DNA of 64,000 bases from a virus. The notes beneath the pieces were generated by a model, which saw only the letters and a program-made list of their open reading frames with translations, was not told the origin of the DNA and did no database searches. Below are positions 10,068 through 18,824 of the stretch, one piece after another. The number at the start of each line of letters is the position of its first letter. The stretch's first letter is position 1. The position numbers were made by a program, and so were the translations under genes. The stretch is taken from the IMG/VR virus record IMGVR_UViG_3300021256_000005; one strand, written 5' to 3'.

Positions 10068-11105
10068 TTATTCCTCAAGGTCATGACCAAAGATATTGTC
10101 AAAAGCAATTTCTGTATCTGATTCACCTTCATATTCTGGTTTTTTCACGGTATACTTTTCTATAAACCGTCTGTACAAGTGAGAGAGTGGATTTTTAATT
10201 TTCAAATTCTCACACATGTGACCACGATAGAACACATCAATATACTGTCCAATACGATCTACATCCTTTAGTTCTGGGTCAATATCTGGACATGGACGTT
10301 CGGTTTCCCATTTTTGAATCAGAGTACCAAAGGTTTGCGCTTCTGAAAAAGCATCCAACACGTTTTGTTTTGGCGTTAAATTTCCAGAGTTCATTAACTC
10401 CTGTAAAGTTTTATATAAGTCTTTAGTCGGCAAATCATCTTGATTAGCCTTGCGGATTTTTAACTGTGTTTCAGCAATACTCTGTAACACAATTTCCATA
10501 GACTTAGTATTACACTCATAGCGGGTACTCCAATCTTTATACTGCTCATATAAAAACTTATAATCTTCTGTAGAGTATCCACGCCCGAAACGTGCTATGG
10601 TGTCTTTTAACTGCTCCTTCGTAAGTCCATACTCACTTAAATTCTGCGTTGTATCACTCGATTGCTCAAAACTCATAGTACGATAATTTGCATTTCTTTG
10701 TAATATACCTAAATACTGCTCATTAACATACATAACTTTTGTTGGGTCTGAATTGTTTTTAACCATCTCTTGCGCTGATTCATAAATAGAATCAATAAAC
10801 GGCAAATCTATTAGTTTTAATCCTTTTTTTAACGTATCAATATTTTCATACTTGATACCAGTTCCAGTATCGGTTGGGATTATAACTTGTTTGACGCATT
10901 GTTTACAAATAGGCAAAACATTTGATCCCCATTTCTCGCTTTTATAAAAATCAGATTTAGGTTTAAATTCAGCACAGCAATGACAATAAGCTCCATTTTT
11001 CATAGACTCATAAGCTTTACTCAAAGTCTTGTACATCTGTTTTACTTCATTTGGGGTTTTGCCTTTTAGAACGTCAACATCATCAAATGCAGTAATTTTT
11101 TTCAT
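10068..11105 (-). CDS. terminase small subunit candidate / zinc-ribbon DNA-binding protein
   Basis: 345 aa, directly upstream of terL. Cys cluster CHCCAEF..(x20)..CKQC. Confidence 0.35.
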   Translation of the reverse strand: MKKITAFDDVDVLKGKTPNEVKQMYKTLSKAYESMKNGAYCHCCAEFKPKSDFYKSEKWGSNVLPICKQCVKQVIIPTDTGTGIKYENIDTLKKGLKLIDLPFIDSIYESAQEMVKNNSDPTKVMYVNEQYLGILQRNANYRTMSFEQSSDTTQNLSEYGLTKEQLKDTIARFGRGYSTEDYKFLYEQYKDWSTRYECNTKSMEIVLQSIAETQLKIRKANQDDLPTKDLYKTLQELMNSGNLTPKQNVLDAFSEAQTFGTLIQKWETERPCPDIDPELKDVDRIGQYIDVFYRGHMCENLKIKNPLSHLYRRFIEKYTVKKPEYEGESDTEIAFDNIFGHDLEE

Positions 11106-11132
11106 CCTATTTCTCCTTTTGACATATTAAAA

Positions 11133-11673
11133 CAACTATTGAGTGATATTTCTATCTGCCAATATATATCTTCATACATATTCAGACACGTAGCATATAA
11201 CAGCCGAGCAGTCGGGAGCGACCCAACTGCTTTGTTATACCTATAAAACTACGGATAGACTGCTTACTATCACCTTTTACACACCTTTCGGCACAAATAT
11301 CGTTTTGTTTTAGAATGTACTTGTATAAAAAGCCTTGTGCTACTCAGACCAAACTCCAACGTTATACACGCATTTCTGCGCTTCACGGCTCTACAGATTA
11401 TTGATATTCCGCAGGTTTGATACAGTCATCGGCTAAACCCTAACTACGGTTATTGTACACAGTACCGTCTATTGCTCTGTCCGTCTCGTTTGTTCCTTTG
11501 TATGCGACACATATTGACACATATTCTTGATGTTGAGATTCTGTCTCTCCTTGCACAATATCACTATTATGCAACAGCAATAAACACAAGGTATACCTCA
11601 TGCGCTTACTGATCTTCCGAACATTCTCAGCACCGTTGGTTTCACGGCTCTGCACTGAGTTACTCAATAGCTG
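11133..11673 (-). ncRNA. candidate large structured RNA / structured leader of the packaging operon
   Basis: ~540-nt domain with no credible ORF, between a strong terminator and the TerS candidate. The ends pair over 12 bp (11662-11673 with 11133-11144). The single non-Watson-Crick position is G.U in minus sense but A.C in plus sense. Contains GNRA-capped hairpins (gcgcaGAAAtgcgt, gccGAAAggt in minus sense) and a duplicated TTCACGGCTCT (11382, 11641). Confidence 0.4.
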
Positions 11674-11684
11674 TTTTAATGTTT

Positions 11685-11719
11685 CAAAAAAATAGTGGGT
11701 ATTTTTCGTACCCACTATT
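11685..11719 (-). terminator. rho-independent terminator after the metallophosphoesterase gene
   Basis: Perfect 11-bp stem (AATAGTGGGTA / TACCCACTATT) with a 7-nt loop. It is followed on the minus strand by a T-run (plus-strand A-run 11686-11690). Confidence 0.75.
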
Positions 11720-12872
11720 TAATACCACCTAATTCAAAAGTGTATTCAATTGCTTTTCCTTGTTCATTAAAAATAAATAAATTTGATTTTGGTGTAGAAG
11801 ATAACACCTGTGACGTAGCATATGGATCAATGCCAATCACGCTACCTACAGATAACACATTGCACCGAGTGCCAACTTCTTTTGACTGGCTATGATGAAT
11901 GTGTCCAGAAATTAAGTAGTTAATATCTGTATGATACAGCCTAGTAAATTCATGAATTGCGGTAGAAAGATTTTTTACTTCACCATGAATCCCTAAAATA
12001 TTAAATCCACAAATGGTTTCAAAATTCATTCCAGTTGGATTTTCAGCAATTGTTATGTGATTATTATTCCGTAATCTTATTTTTAAAAACTCACGAATCA
12101 CGTAACTCATGTTTTCATCTGGGAAAGAATTTTTCGGCTGTCCAAGTAAACGTAATTGATTATGGTTAGAATCACTCACCATCTGAAATTTTACATCTAC
12201 ATACTGACTAATATCGTTTAGCCATTCTGCAATATATTCAGCATAACGAATGGCTGATTCGATCACACCATACTGCAATTGTTTCAGCTGAGAACTAAGC
12301 CTAAGCATACCTTGTACACTATCGCCTAATTCCCAAATAGAAATAGAAGATAAGTTTTCACGTTTAATAGCATCTAATAAACACTGTTTCATATATTCCA
12401 TACGGCTTACGAATACATGACTATTGTACTTATTAACAACATTACCTGCTAAATCTTTAATACAAAACTCAATTCCGAAATGACAATCAGAAAAGACAAA
12501 TAGTCCCGCTCTGTTATTATCGGTTTCTTTAACAGGCAGTCCGACTGACCGATAATCCATATCTGGAAGTGCCTTAATAGCGTCAACTATCTTTTCTGTA
12601 ATTAATTCATCACGTGCTTTCTCACGCAGTAAACGGTTGTATTCAATTTTTTCAGTTTGAATCTTTTTTCTTTCTTTAAGCAATTCATAATATTCCGCAC
12701 TAGCGGTTAAACTAGCATATTGCTTACGATATTTACTTTCCGTATATTTCACATGCAGTATATCATTTAATACATTCGCCACATCTTCCCACGTACCAAT
12801 AGTATCTTTTAACGAACAAATTCTTTTAATTACATCTTCATCAGATTCATTTGGTAAACGCTCAAACTGCAT
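11715..12872 (-). CDS. calcineurin-like metallophosphoesterase
   Basis: All signature blocks are present in order: FSDCHFG (DxH), ELGDSVQG (GD), SDSNHNQ (GNH-like), GIHGE, SGHIHHSQ (GHxH). Confidence 0.8.
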   Translation of the reverse strand: MQFERLPNESDEDVIKRICSLKDTIGTWEDVANVLNDILHVKYTESKYRKQYASLTASAEYYELLKERKKIQTEKIEYNRLLREKARDELITEKIVDAIKALPDMDYRSVGLPVKETDNNRAGLFVFSDCHFGIEFCIKDLAGNVVNKYNSHVFVSRMEYMKQCLLDAIKRENLSSISIWELGDSVQGMLRLSSQLKQLQYGVIESAIRYAEYIAEWLNDISQYVDVKFQMVSDSNHNQLRLLGQPKNSFPDENMSYVIREFLKIRLRNNNHITIAENPTGMNFETICGFNILGIHGEVKNLSTAIHEFTRLYHTDINYLISGHIHHSQSKEVGTRCNVLSVGSVIGIDPYATSQVLSSTPKSNLFIFNEQGKAIEYTFELGGIK

Positions 12873-13054
12873 TACACTAGTTCCTCATCTTTGGTTGTAA
12901 CAAGAATAGAAACCTCTGTGCCATCAGTGAAATATTGATTTATTACATCCATCAGATCAATCAGTTCATCATCCTCTGACACCAATTCATTGTTTGTTAC
13001 ACACGCATTATTTATTTTTAATTTAGTTGTCGTTGTCCTTTTTACTTCAATCAT
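12872..13054 (-). CDS. hypothetical protein
   Basis: 60-aa ORF whose boundaries overlap both neighbouring genes (coupled). Confidence 0.5.
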   Translation of the reverse strand: MIEVKRTTTTKLKINNACVTNNELVSEDDELIDLMDVINQYFTDGTEVSILVTTKDEELV

Positions 13055-13448
13055 TTTTTACATCCATTTCTGCAACAAAACGCTGTTTTGGTGAATACTC
13101 ATTAAACTTGCACGGTATTAACACACCACCTGAAGTAACCTTCCTAAGTTCTTCAAATGATTCATAAGTACAGAATACTATATCATTTTCGAGAAACAAA
13201 TATTCTCCATTCTTTGCTCTTGCGGGTTCAATCCATAATTCATCGTTGCAAATTGTCACATAATATCCACCTCCATAATCATAATAGTCCACTTTTAATA
13301 ATTTAATATCAAGTTTTCTATTAAAATTACGGATTAAATAAATAACACAATCAACAATATCTTTATCTGGACACACGAAACTTACATTATAATCACTACT
13401 CAGTTCAATAATGTTGTCGTATAAATTCTCATGATCTTTAAAAATCAT
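13047..13448 (-). CDS. hypothetical protein
   Basis: 133-aa ORF with a 4-nt overlap with the cysteine desulfurase gene. Confidence 0.6.
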   Translation of the reverse strand: MIFKDHENLYDNIIELSSDYNVSFVCPDKDIVDCVIYLIRNFNRKLDIKLLKVDYYDYGGGYYVTICNDELWIEPARAKNGEYLFLENDIVFCTYESFEELRKVTSGGVLIPCKFNEYSPKQRFVAEMDVKND

Positions 13449-14560
13449 AACCTTTTCTCCGTTAAATCACGAAGAAATCCTGTGATTTGAATTAACTTAT
13501 CAATCACATAATCAATTTCTTCTTTTGTATTAGTATAATAAAAACTAAATCTTACACAGGTATAAATTTCTGGCTCTTTCATACCTATAGCTTCTAACAC
13601 GTAAGATTTCTCAAGTACATTAGAATTACAAGCAGAACCAGTCGATGCGCAAATTCCAATATTATCTAGCATAGAAACGATTGTATTTCCATCACAACCA
13701 TCAAATTGTACGTTTACAATGTGCGGAGACACGTTCTCATTTAACACTACATGGGCGTAAGGTATTCTGCTGACACAATCAACAAAATAATCATGCAAGT
13801 CACGCATATAATGTCTAGGTTGACATACAATATCTTTTAATGCTACAGATAATCCAACGATTGCCGCTGTATTCTCTGTACCACCAACTAACCCTTTTTC
13901 TTGATGACCATGAATAATCGTGCGAAGCGGAATAGAAGAGTACAATACAGCCGCACCACGAATACCGCCTATTTTATGCGCACCAAACGTGAATATATCA
14001 ACATGTAAGTGTCGAATGTTTACAATTTCATATCCAATTGCTTGCGTAGCATCACACATAAGTACATGATTATACCGATGCGCTATATCCGCAAGTTTAC
14101 AAATTGGCTGAATACACCCAGTTTCATTATTAACATATTGCACAATCACCAAAGAATTAGCAGGAGCGTGCTGACAAAATTCCTGATATGAAGACATATT
14201 TATCAATCCATTACTATCGACTGGTAAAATGTAAGAATTATAAGACTGTACACATTCGATAATATCAACGTGTTCTACTGCCGAACATAAAATATGCACA
14301 GAAGGATGAGATTTCATATAGCCTTGAATTGCTATATTATTTGCAGTAGTAACTGAGTTAGTAAAATAGACGTTTTCTACTTCACCGCGTAGAATATCAG
14401 CAATATCAGCACGTGCCTTTTCAATCGCTTCACGTGATTGTTTTCCTAACGAATGAGTTGAATTTGGGTTTCCGTATATTGTTGTCAGATAAGGCGTAAT
14501 TGCGTCTAACACGTGTTTTGAAGGCCGTGTTGTAGCCGCCTGATCGAAATTCACTCTCAT
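13445..14560 (-). CDS. cysteine desulfurase (NifS/IscS-like, class V aminotransferase fold)
   Basis: 371 aa. PLP-lysine block FTFGAHKIGGIRGAAVLY and active-site Cys loop ASTGSACNS. The N-terminal NFDQAATT..P is typical of the family. Confidence 0.85.
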   Translation of the reverse strand: MRVNFDQAATTRPSKHVLDAITPYLTTIYGNPNSTHSLGKQSREAIEKARADIADILRGEVENVYFTNSVTTANNIAIQGYMKSHPSVHILCSAVEHVDIIECVQSYNSYILPVDSNGLINMSSYQEFCQHAPANSLVIVQYVNNETGCIQPICKLADIAHRYNHVLMCDATQAIGYEIVNIRHLHVDIFTFGAHKIGGIRGAAVLYSSIPLRTIIHGHQEKGLVGGTENTAAIVGLSVALKDIVCQPRHYMRDLHDYFVDCVSRIPYAHVVLNENVSPHIVNVQFDGCDGNTIVSMLDNIGICASTGSACNSNVLEKSYVLEAIGMKEPEIYTCVRFSFYYTNTKEEIDYVIDKLIQITGFLRDLTEKRL

Positions 14561-14810
14561 TTTATACCTCTATACAAATAGTACCTTATAAAGCAAAAAG
14601 ACCTTGAAGCTAAAAATTTTCAATGTCTTTTGCGCCCGCTCAGCAGGCATTCGCTAATTAAAACTATGGTGCCATATTATAACAAAAAGGAGAACCAGAC
14701 GCATCCGATTCTCCTAAGTGCGCTCCACTTGAAGAGACGCACCGCAATTCACACTGTTAGTATAATACGGACTCTATATCATTACATCTAGCATGTACTA
14801 CTTGTTTTAC

Positions 14811-15098
14811 TTATGCTTCAATACGAATATCTCTAAGCGGCTTTGTCATTTTTACTTTCACACCAATGTGAGCAGAATCTGACCACGGTCGCCCATTACA
14901 CATACCAGTGCGGTCTGGATATTCCTTCATTTTATACTGCACGCCAAATAAAGACATTTCTTCTTTGGATTTTAAGTTATTGTAAATTGTAGTAAACATT
15001 GCCTGATAAATGTCGTTCAGTTCATGTAACGAATATTTTGTACCACACTCATTCACAACTAACTCCTGTACGGCTCTAATGAAATTTTCCTTTGTCAT
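14811..15098 (-). CDS. HU/IHF-like DNA-binding protein candidate
   Basis: 95 aa. The layout matches HU: an N-terminal helical part (KENFIRAVQELV..), then ..RTGMCNGRPW...IGVKVKMTKPLRD, resembling the HU arm R-x-G-R-N-P..K..K. Confidence 0.45.
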   Translation of the reverse strand: MTKENFIRAVQELVVNECGTKYSLHELNDIYQAMFTTIYNNLKSKEEMSLFGVQYKMKEYPDRTGMCNGRPWSDSAHIGVKVKMTKPLRDIRIEA

Positions 15099-15228
15099 AA
15101 CTTTTTCTCCTTTGATTCGTATAAGACATTGGTATAAGTATATTCACACCATGTCTTAAATTGTTGTTTTTGTTACTTCTCTTCTCAATATATAGTTTTT
15201 GACATAATCCTCTATAATTGCGCTATTA

Positions 15229-16038
15229 TCAGCTCTCAGAGGAACTTAAAAGAACTTTTTTACACGTTTGCGAACAAAATTGTTTGTTTTTGTATGCTTC
15301 AAATAAGTGATGGCACACAGGACACTCTTTCAAATTCTTCACTAGTTTATAATGCGCATAATATTGTTTTCCCAAGTTATTAAAGTTCTCAACCCAAAAT
15401 GCAACTGGTTTAGTTGTGTCAAGGTTCAAAATATTTACTTTGAACATATCAAGTTTGTCCACATGCAAGGTTTGTTTCGTCCCACGGTCAACAGTGCGAA
15501 TATCATAATTTAACATTCCTTTACCAATCAAATCATTTAAACACTTGAAATACTTGTCAGTGTTAAAGTTGGTTACATCCGCCAACTGTTTCAGATCAAC
15601 CGCTAAAATATGAAACCAATACCAATATTTCTCACTGGACAAATAATCGTCCACATGATACTTTTCCATGTGGCAGGTATCAATCCACTTTTTATGTACC
15701 AATAAAGCGAACAAGACTTTTTCATACTCCCAATTTTTCACTGACCGTATATTTTCCAGTTCGCATTCATAAACAGGCACTTTCACGTTATAGTCTTTAA
15801 TGCGAGTAGCAGAAGCAATGAAGCGGTTATAAATCTCAGTTTTATCCTTTACGTCTAAATAACATAATACACCATCACTTAATTCATCAAATTTATATCT
15901 GATTTCTCCCTTCGTGTAATTATTGTTCAACATATAAACAGCAACAGCGGTTAACTCTTGTCTGCTAAACTGTTTTGTTTTTAATTTACCAATCTTAAAA
16001 ATATATTCGCCGTATGTATAATAATTATGAATAATCAA
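15229..16038 (-). CDS. hypothetical protein with C-terminal zinc ribbon
   Basis: 269 aa. The C-terminus is CPVCHHLF..(x9)..CSQTCKK. 4-nt overlap with the RNAP gene. Confidence 0.6.
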   Translation of the reverse strand: MIIHNYYTYGEYIFKIGKLKTKQFSRQELTAVAVYMLNNNYTKGEIRYKFDELSDGVLCYLDVKDKTEIYNRFIASATRIKDYNVKVPVYECELENIRSVKNWEYEKVLFALLVHKKWIDTCHMEKYHVDDYLSSEKYWYWFHILAVDLKQLADVTNFNTDKYFKCLNDLIGKGMLNYDIRTVDRGTKQTLHVDKLDMFKVNILNLDTTKPVAFWVENFNNLGKQYYAHYKLVKNLKECPVCHHLFEAYKNKQFCSQTCKKVLLSSSES

Positions 16039-18815
16039 ATTTGCACCTCTGTATATTTCTTCCCTAAATACTCTGCACCGCTTTTATCTTCAATTACCGC
16101 AATATGCCTACCTTCCGGTAGTATGCTCAAAATATCTTCGCCCAACATATCCCAGATGAACGCTTCATCAAAACCGGATGTTTTATTGCCAAAATCAATC
16201 AGCACGTTAAATAAGTCGTATGTATTAGTTACAAGTTCGTCCAATTTGCCACGATATTCTAAATCGAACATACGTTTGGCATTACTGATAATACGGTGAA
16301 AATCGTCGTCATTGATATTGTCAAGCAAGTGTCTCACTAATGAGAGATATTTATTATTACAATAGTCACGGTAAATCTCGTAAACAGTGTCGTAATTATA
16401 TCTCACTGGTGGCATCCCGTATGACATCAAAACATTTTCTCCCTTGATTTTACGGAACGAAATATTATCCTCAACCCGCTCAAATTTGTGGCAAAGCTTA
16501 TTCATAATGCATGGCGAATCCAGAACAGGAGAGAAGTATTCAACACGATTCACGAATTTACGTTCTTCTTTTGTTTTGTTCGGCTTATATTTCAAGTCGT
16601 TGTATTTGATTTGAAATTTTGCCTTACAGATTTTCTGAAAACTTTTCATATGATTTGTATACGATTTATGCAAATTATCATACAGATAAATCATAAAGTA
16701 CGGCTTCTTTGTAATCACCAACGAATTACGTTTGTATTTTGCGTCTATCACCTCTGGACTATCATTTTCTAAATCAATTTTTACACGCTTAATCCATTCT
16801 TCTGGAAATTCAGGAGATACACCAAGTTTAATTTTATCAATCTCTGCACCAATGATCTCACGCAGTAATTTCAGACGTGTTAAAATGATTCTATGTTCTT
16901 CTGGTTTGGTATCAGCAGGAAACAAAGGCAACATAGCATTGAGAGATGTGCTATTGTTCGTGATTTGACCTACTAAAGTGTCGAATCCGTCCATATCGCA
17001 AGCAATCATGTTAGCGTATGTCGGCTTTCGTTTCGGTGCTTTGTCTTTGTCATATGTGATTACATTGTTTTTATAATACGCCCCCTCAATTAGTTGCTGA
17101 TTATCAGTTGTAAACGCAATATCACCGTCGAAATCCGAGTCACTATGGCGTATTGTGCTAGTATCATAAATACTATACACGATTCCAGAATACAAATACT
17201 GAAACCATTGTTCGCATTCATCGTCATCGTACACAGATAAGATATTATGTTCATGCCGATCCACCATAGGACTTCGCATCGCATCTATAGTATTTACACC
17301 ACGGTTCAGCCAAAACTGTGTATATACACAATTAGCAGGAATAAACCCCTGTATTGGCATATTAGAAGCTTGTTGCAGTAGCGGAATAGGATCAGCCAAC
17401 TGGAACTGATAATTTCCCTTCGCCCAAACACGACCAAGTTTTGCTTGCTTGAATGATTCCTTAATACTGTGATAAATCTTACGCTGTATGTATTCGTCTT
17501 TAAGCAAGTCTTGATTTTTCACAATTGCCTTTGTAAATAAACTACCGCAACTATTCATCATATCCTGCCAAGTTTCATCGGCGTGTTTACACCCAATAGC
17601 ATACAGATTAGCGTATAACGATTCACCGCTACAGATTTTTTGAAACCATTCAATTGTCGGCTGTATCAACTCGTCTATCGCTTTATCGGACAATCCGCAA
17701 TTCTGAATGTACTGGTAATTCAGTTGAGAATATTCTGCGTCATATTTTTTGTTGTATCTAGCAACACCCCAGTACAGTCCGTATTTGTCATGATAGTCAA
17801 CATACTCACGCACCGATGAATAGTAATCATGCATCTTAAACTGCGACTCTGTGAGTAAAACGTCTATTTCGTCCACATTAAACAATTCGCCGTAAATACT
17901 GCGGATTTCAGTTACCCCACACCGTTCCTTTAAGTATTTACGGAAATCAAACGTCAGCAGATTGCCCTTTACGAATGCCGTCCTAATTACGAACTGGCAA
18001 GCAGTATATCCAATCCCCATATCCTCAGACCAAAGTTCAGCCATTTCTGGCGTGATTAAACCTTCGCCATCACAGCTGTTCAAAACAACGTCCATAGTAG
18101 TAGGTTCGACTGTCTTTGTTCCATCCTCATGCTTCACGATATAGTCTATCTTCTGCTGTGGAATAGTAGTTTCAACGTCAGCAATTACGCAAATTCGAGG
18201 TTTTCTCACCCACAGAACGGAAGAAAACGACAGGGCAAAATACGCTGATAGTTTCGACAGTACAATTTCATCAATCGTACCGTAGAGTCCGCAGTACAAA
18301 TGTTCATTGAGTATATCGTAATATTCATCGTTGATAAACGTCACGGTATTACGTCTCATTTGTCCTGCACCACAACAGAACCGAACGTAATGTTTACCAT
18401 TGCAGTAGAAGCCGTGTTCCGCTATATGCTTATAGTGTGCCTTATTTACAACTTTGACATTGATAAAATCCGTCAGGTAAGTCATATCGAGTAGTTTGTC
18501 CTTCAACTGTTTAATAGACTTTTTGGTACGCTGATTTGTGTGCTTTGTACGTACTTTATCAATTTGTACCCGCACTTCTTGAATGTCGTTGTATAATTCA
18601 AGCGGTGTGCGTTTCTCCCCCTGTAAGTCTCTCAGCTTGCGTAATACTAAATTGTCACCAATGGAAACAATTTCTTTATTTTTAACCGCCTTCTGATAAC
18701 TGTACTGTCCCAGATCGAATCGTGGCTCAGTTGGTAGTTTCCCACCAACTAAACCTGTCCGATAAATCTTCGTTGTTTTAATTTTTAGTATGTCGTATAA
18801 AATTTGTTTTGGCAT
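16035..18815 (-). CDS. single-subunit two-barrel RNA polymerase, YonO / RdRP-like
   Basis: 926 aa. ..IDAMRSPMVDRHEHNILSV.. is followed by ..IRHSDSDFDGDIAFTTDN. The R-x-P block plus DxDGD metal-binding loop is the signature of double-psi beta-barrel RNAPs (beta-prime NADFDGD, eukaryotic-type RdRPs, SPbeta YonO). Confidence 0.65.
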   Translation of the reverse strand: MPKQILYDILKIKTTKIYRTGLVGGKLPTEPRFDLGQYSYQKAVKNKEIVSIGDNLVLRKLRDLQGEKRTPLELYNDIQEVRVQIDKVRTKHTNQRTKKSIKQLKDKLLDMTYLTDFINVKVVNKAHYKHIAEHGFYCNGKHYVRFCCGAGQMRRNTVTFINDEYYDILNEHLYCGLYGTIDEIVLSKLSAYFALSFSSVLWVRKPRICVIADVETTIPQQKIDYIVKHEDGTKTVEPTTMDVVLNSCDGEGLITPEMAELWSEDMGIGYTACQFVIRTAFVKGNLLTFDFRKYLKERCGVTEIRSIYGELFNVDEIDVLLTESQFKMHDYYSSVREYVDYHDKYGLYWGVARYNKKYDAEYSQLNYQYIQNCGLSDKAIDELIQPTIEWFQKICSGESLYANLYAIGCKHADETWQDMMNSCGSLFTKAIVKNQDLLKDEYIQRKIYHSIKESFKQAKLGRVWAKGNYQFQLADPIPLLQQASNMPIQGFIPANCVYTQFWLNRGVNTIDAMRSPMVDRHEHNILSVYDDDECEQWFQYLYSGIVYSIYDTSTIRHSDSDFDGDIAFTTDNQQLIEGAYYKNNVITYDKDKAPKRKPTYANMIACDMDGFDTLVGQITNNSTSLNAMLPLFPADTKPEEHRIILTRLKLLREIIGAEIDKIKLGVSPEFPEEWIKRVKIDLENDSPEVIDAKYKRNSLVITKKPYFMIYLYDNLHKSYTNHMKSFQKICKAKFQIKYNDLKYKPNKTKEERKFVNRVEYFSPVLDSPCIMNKLCHKFERVEDNISFRKIKGENVLMSYGMPPVRYNYDTVYEIYRDYCNNKYLSLVRHLLDNINDDDFHRIISNAKRMFDLEYRGKLDELVTNTYDLFNVLIDFGNKTSGFDEAFIWDMLGEDILSILPEGRHIAVIEDKSGAEYLGKKYTEVQI

Positions 18816-18824
18816 ATATTCCTC

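Noticed and set aside
11440-11715. 91-aa minus-strand ORF in the spacer upstream of the TerS candidate
   Set aside because: Its ATG lies inside the terminator stem of the preceding gene and it has no SD. It also overlaps the predicted helices of the structured domain. I keep it only as an alternative that proteomics could revive.
14683-14715. Possible minus-strand terminator between the HU-like gene and the cysteine desulfurase gene (AGGAGAA..TTCTCCT followed by T5)
   Set aside because: The 7-bp stem encloses a 14-nt largely unpaired loop, which is weak for an intrinsic terminator. I did not annotate it as a feature.
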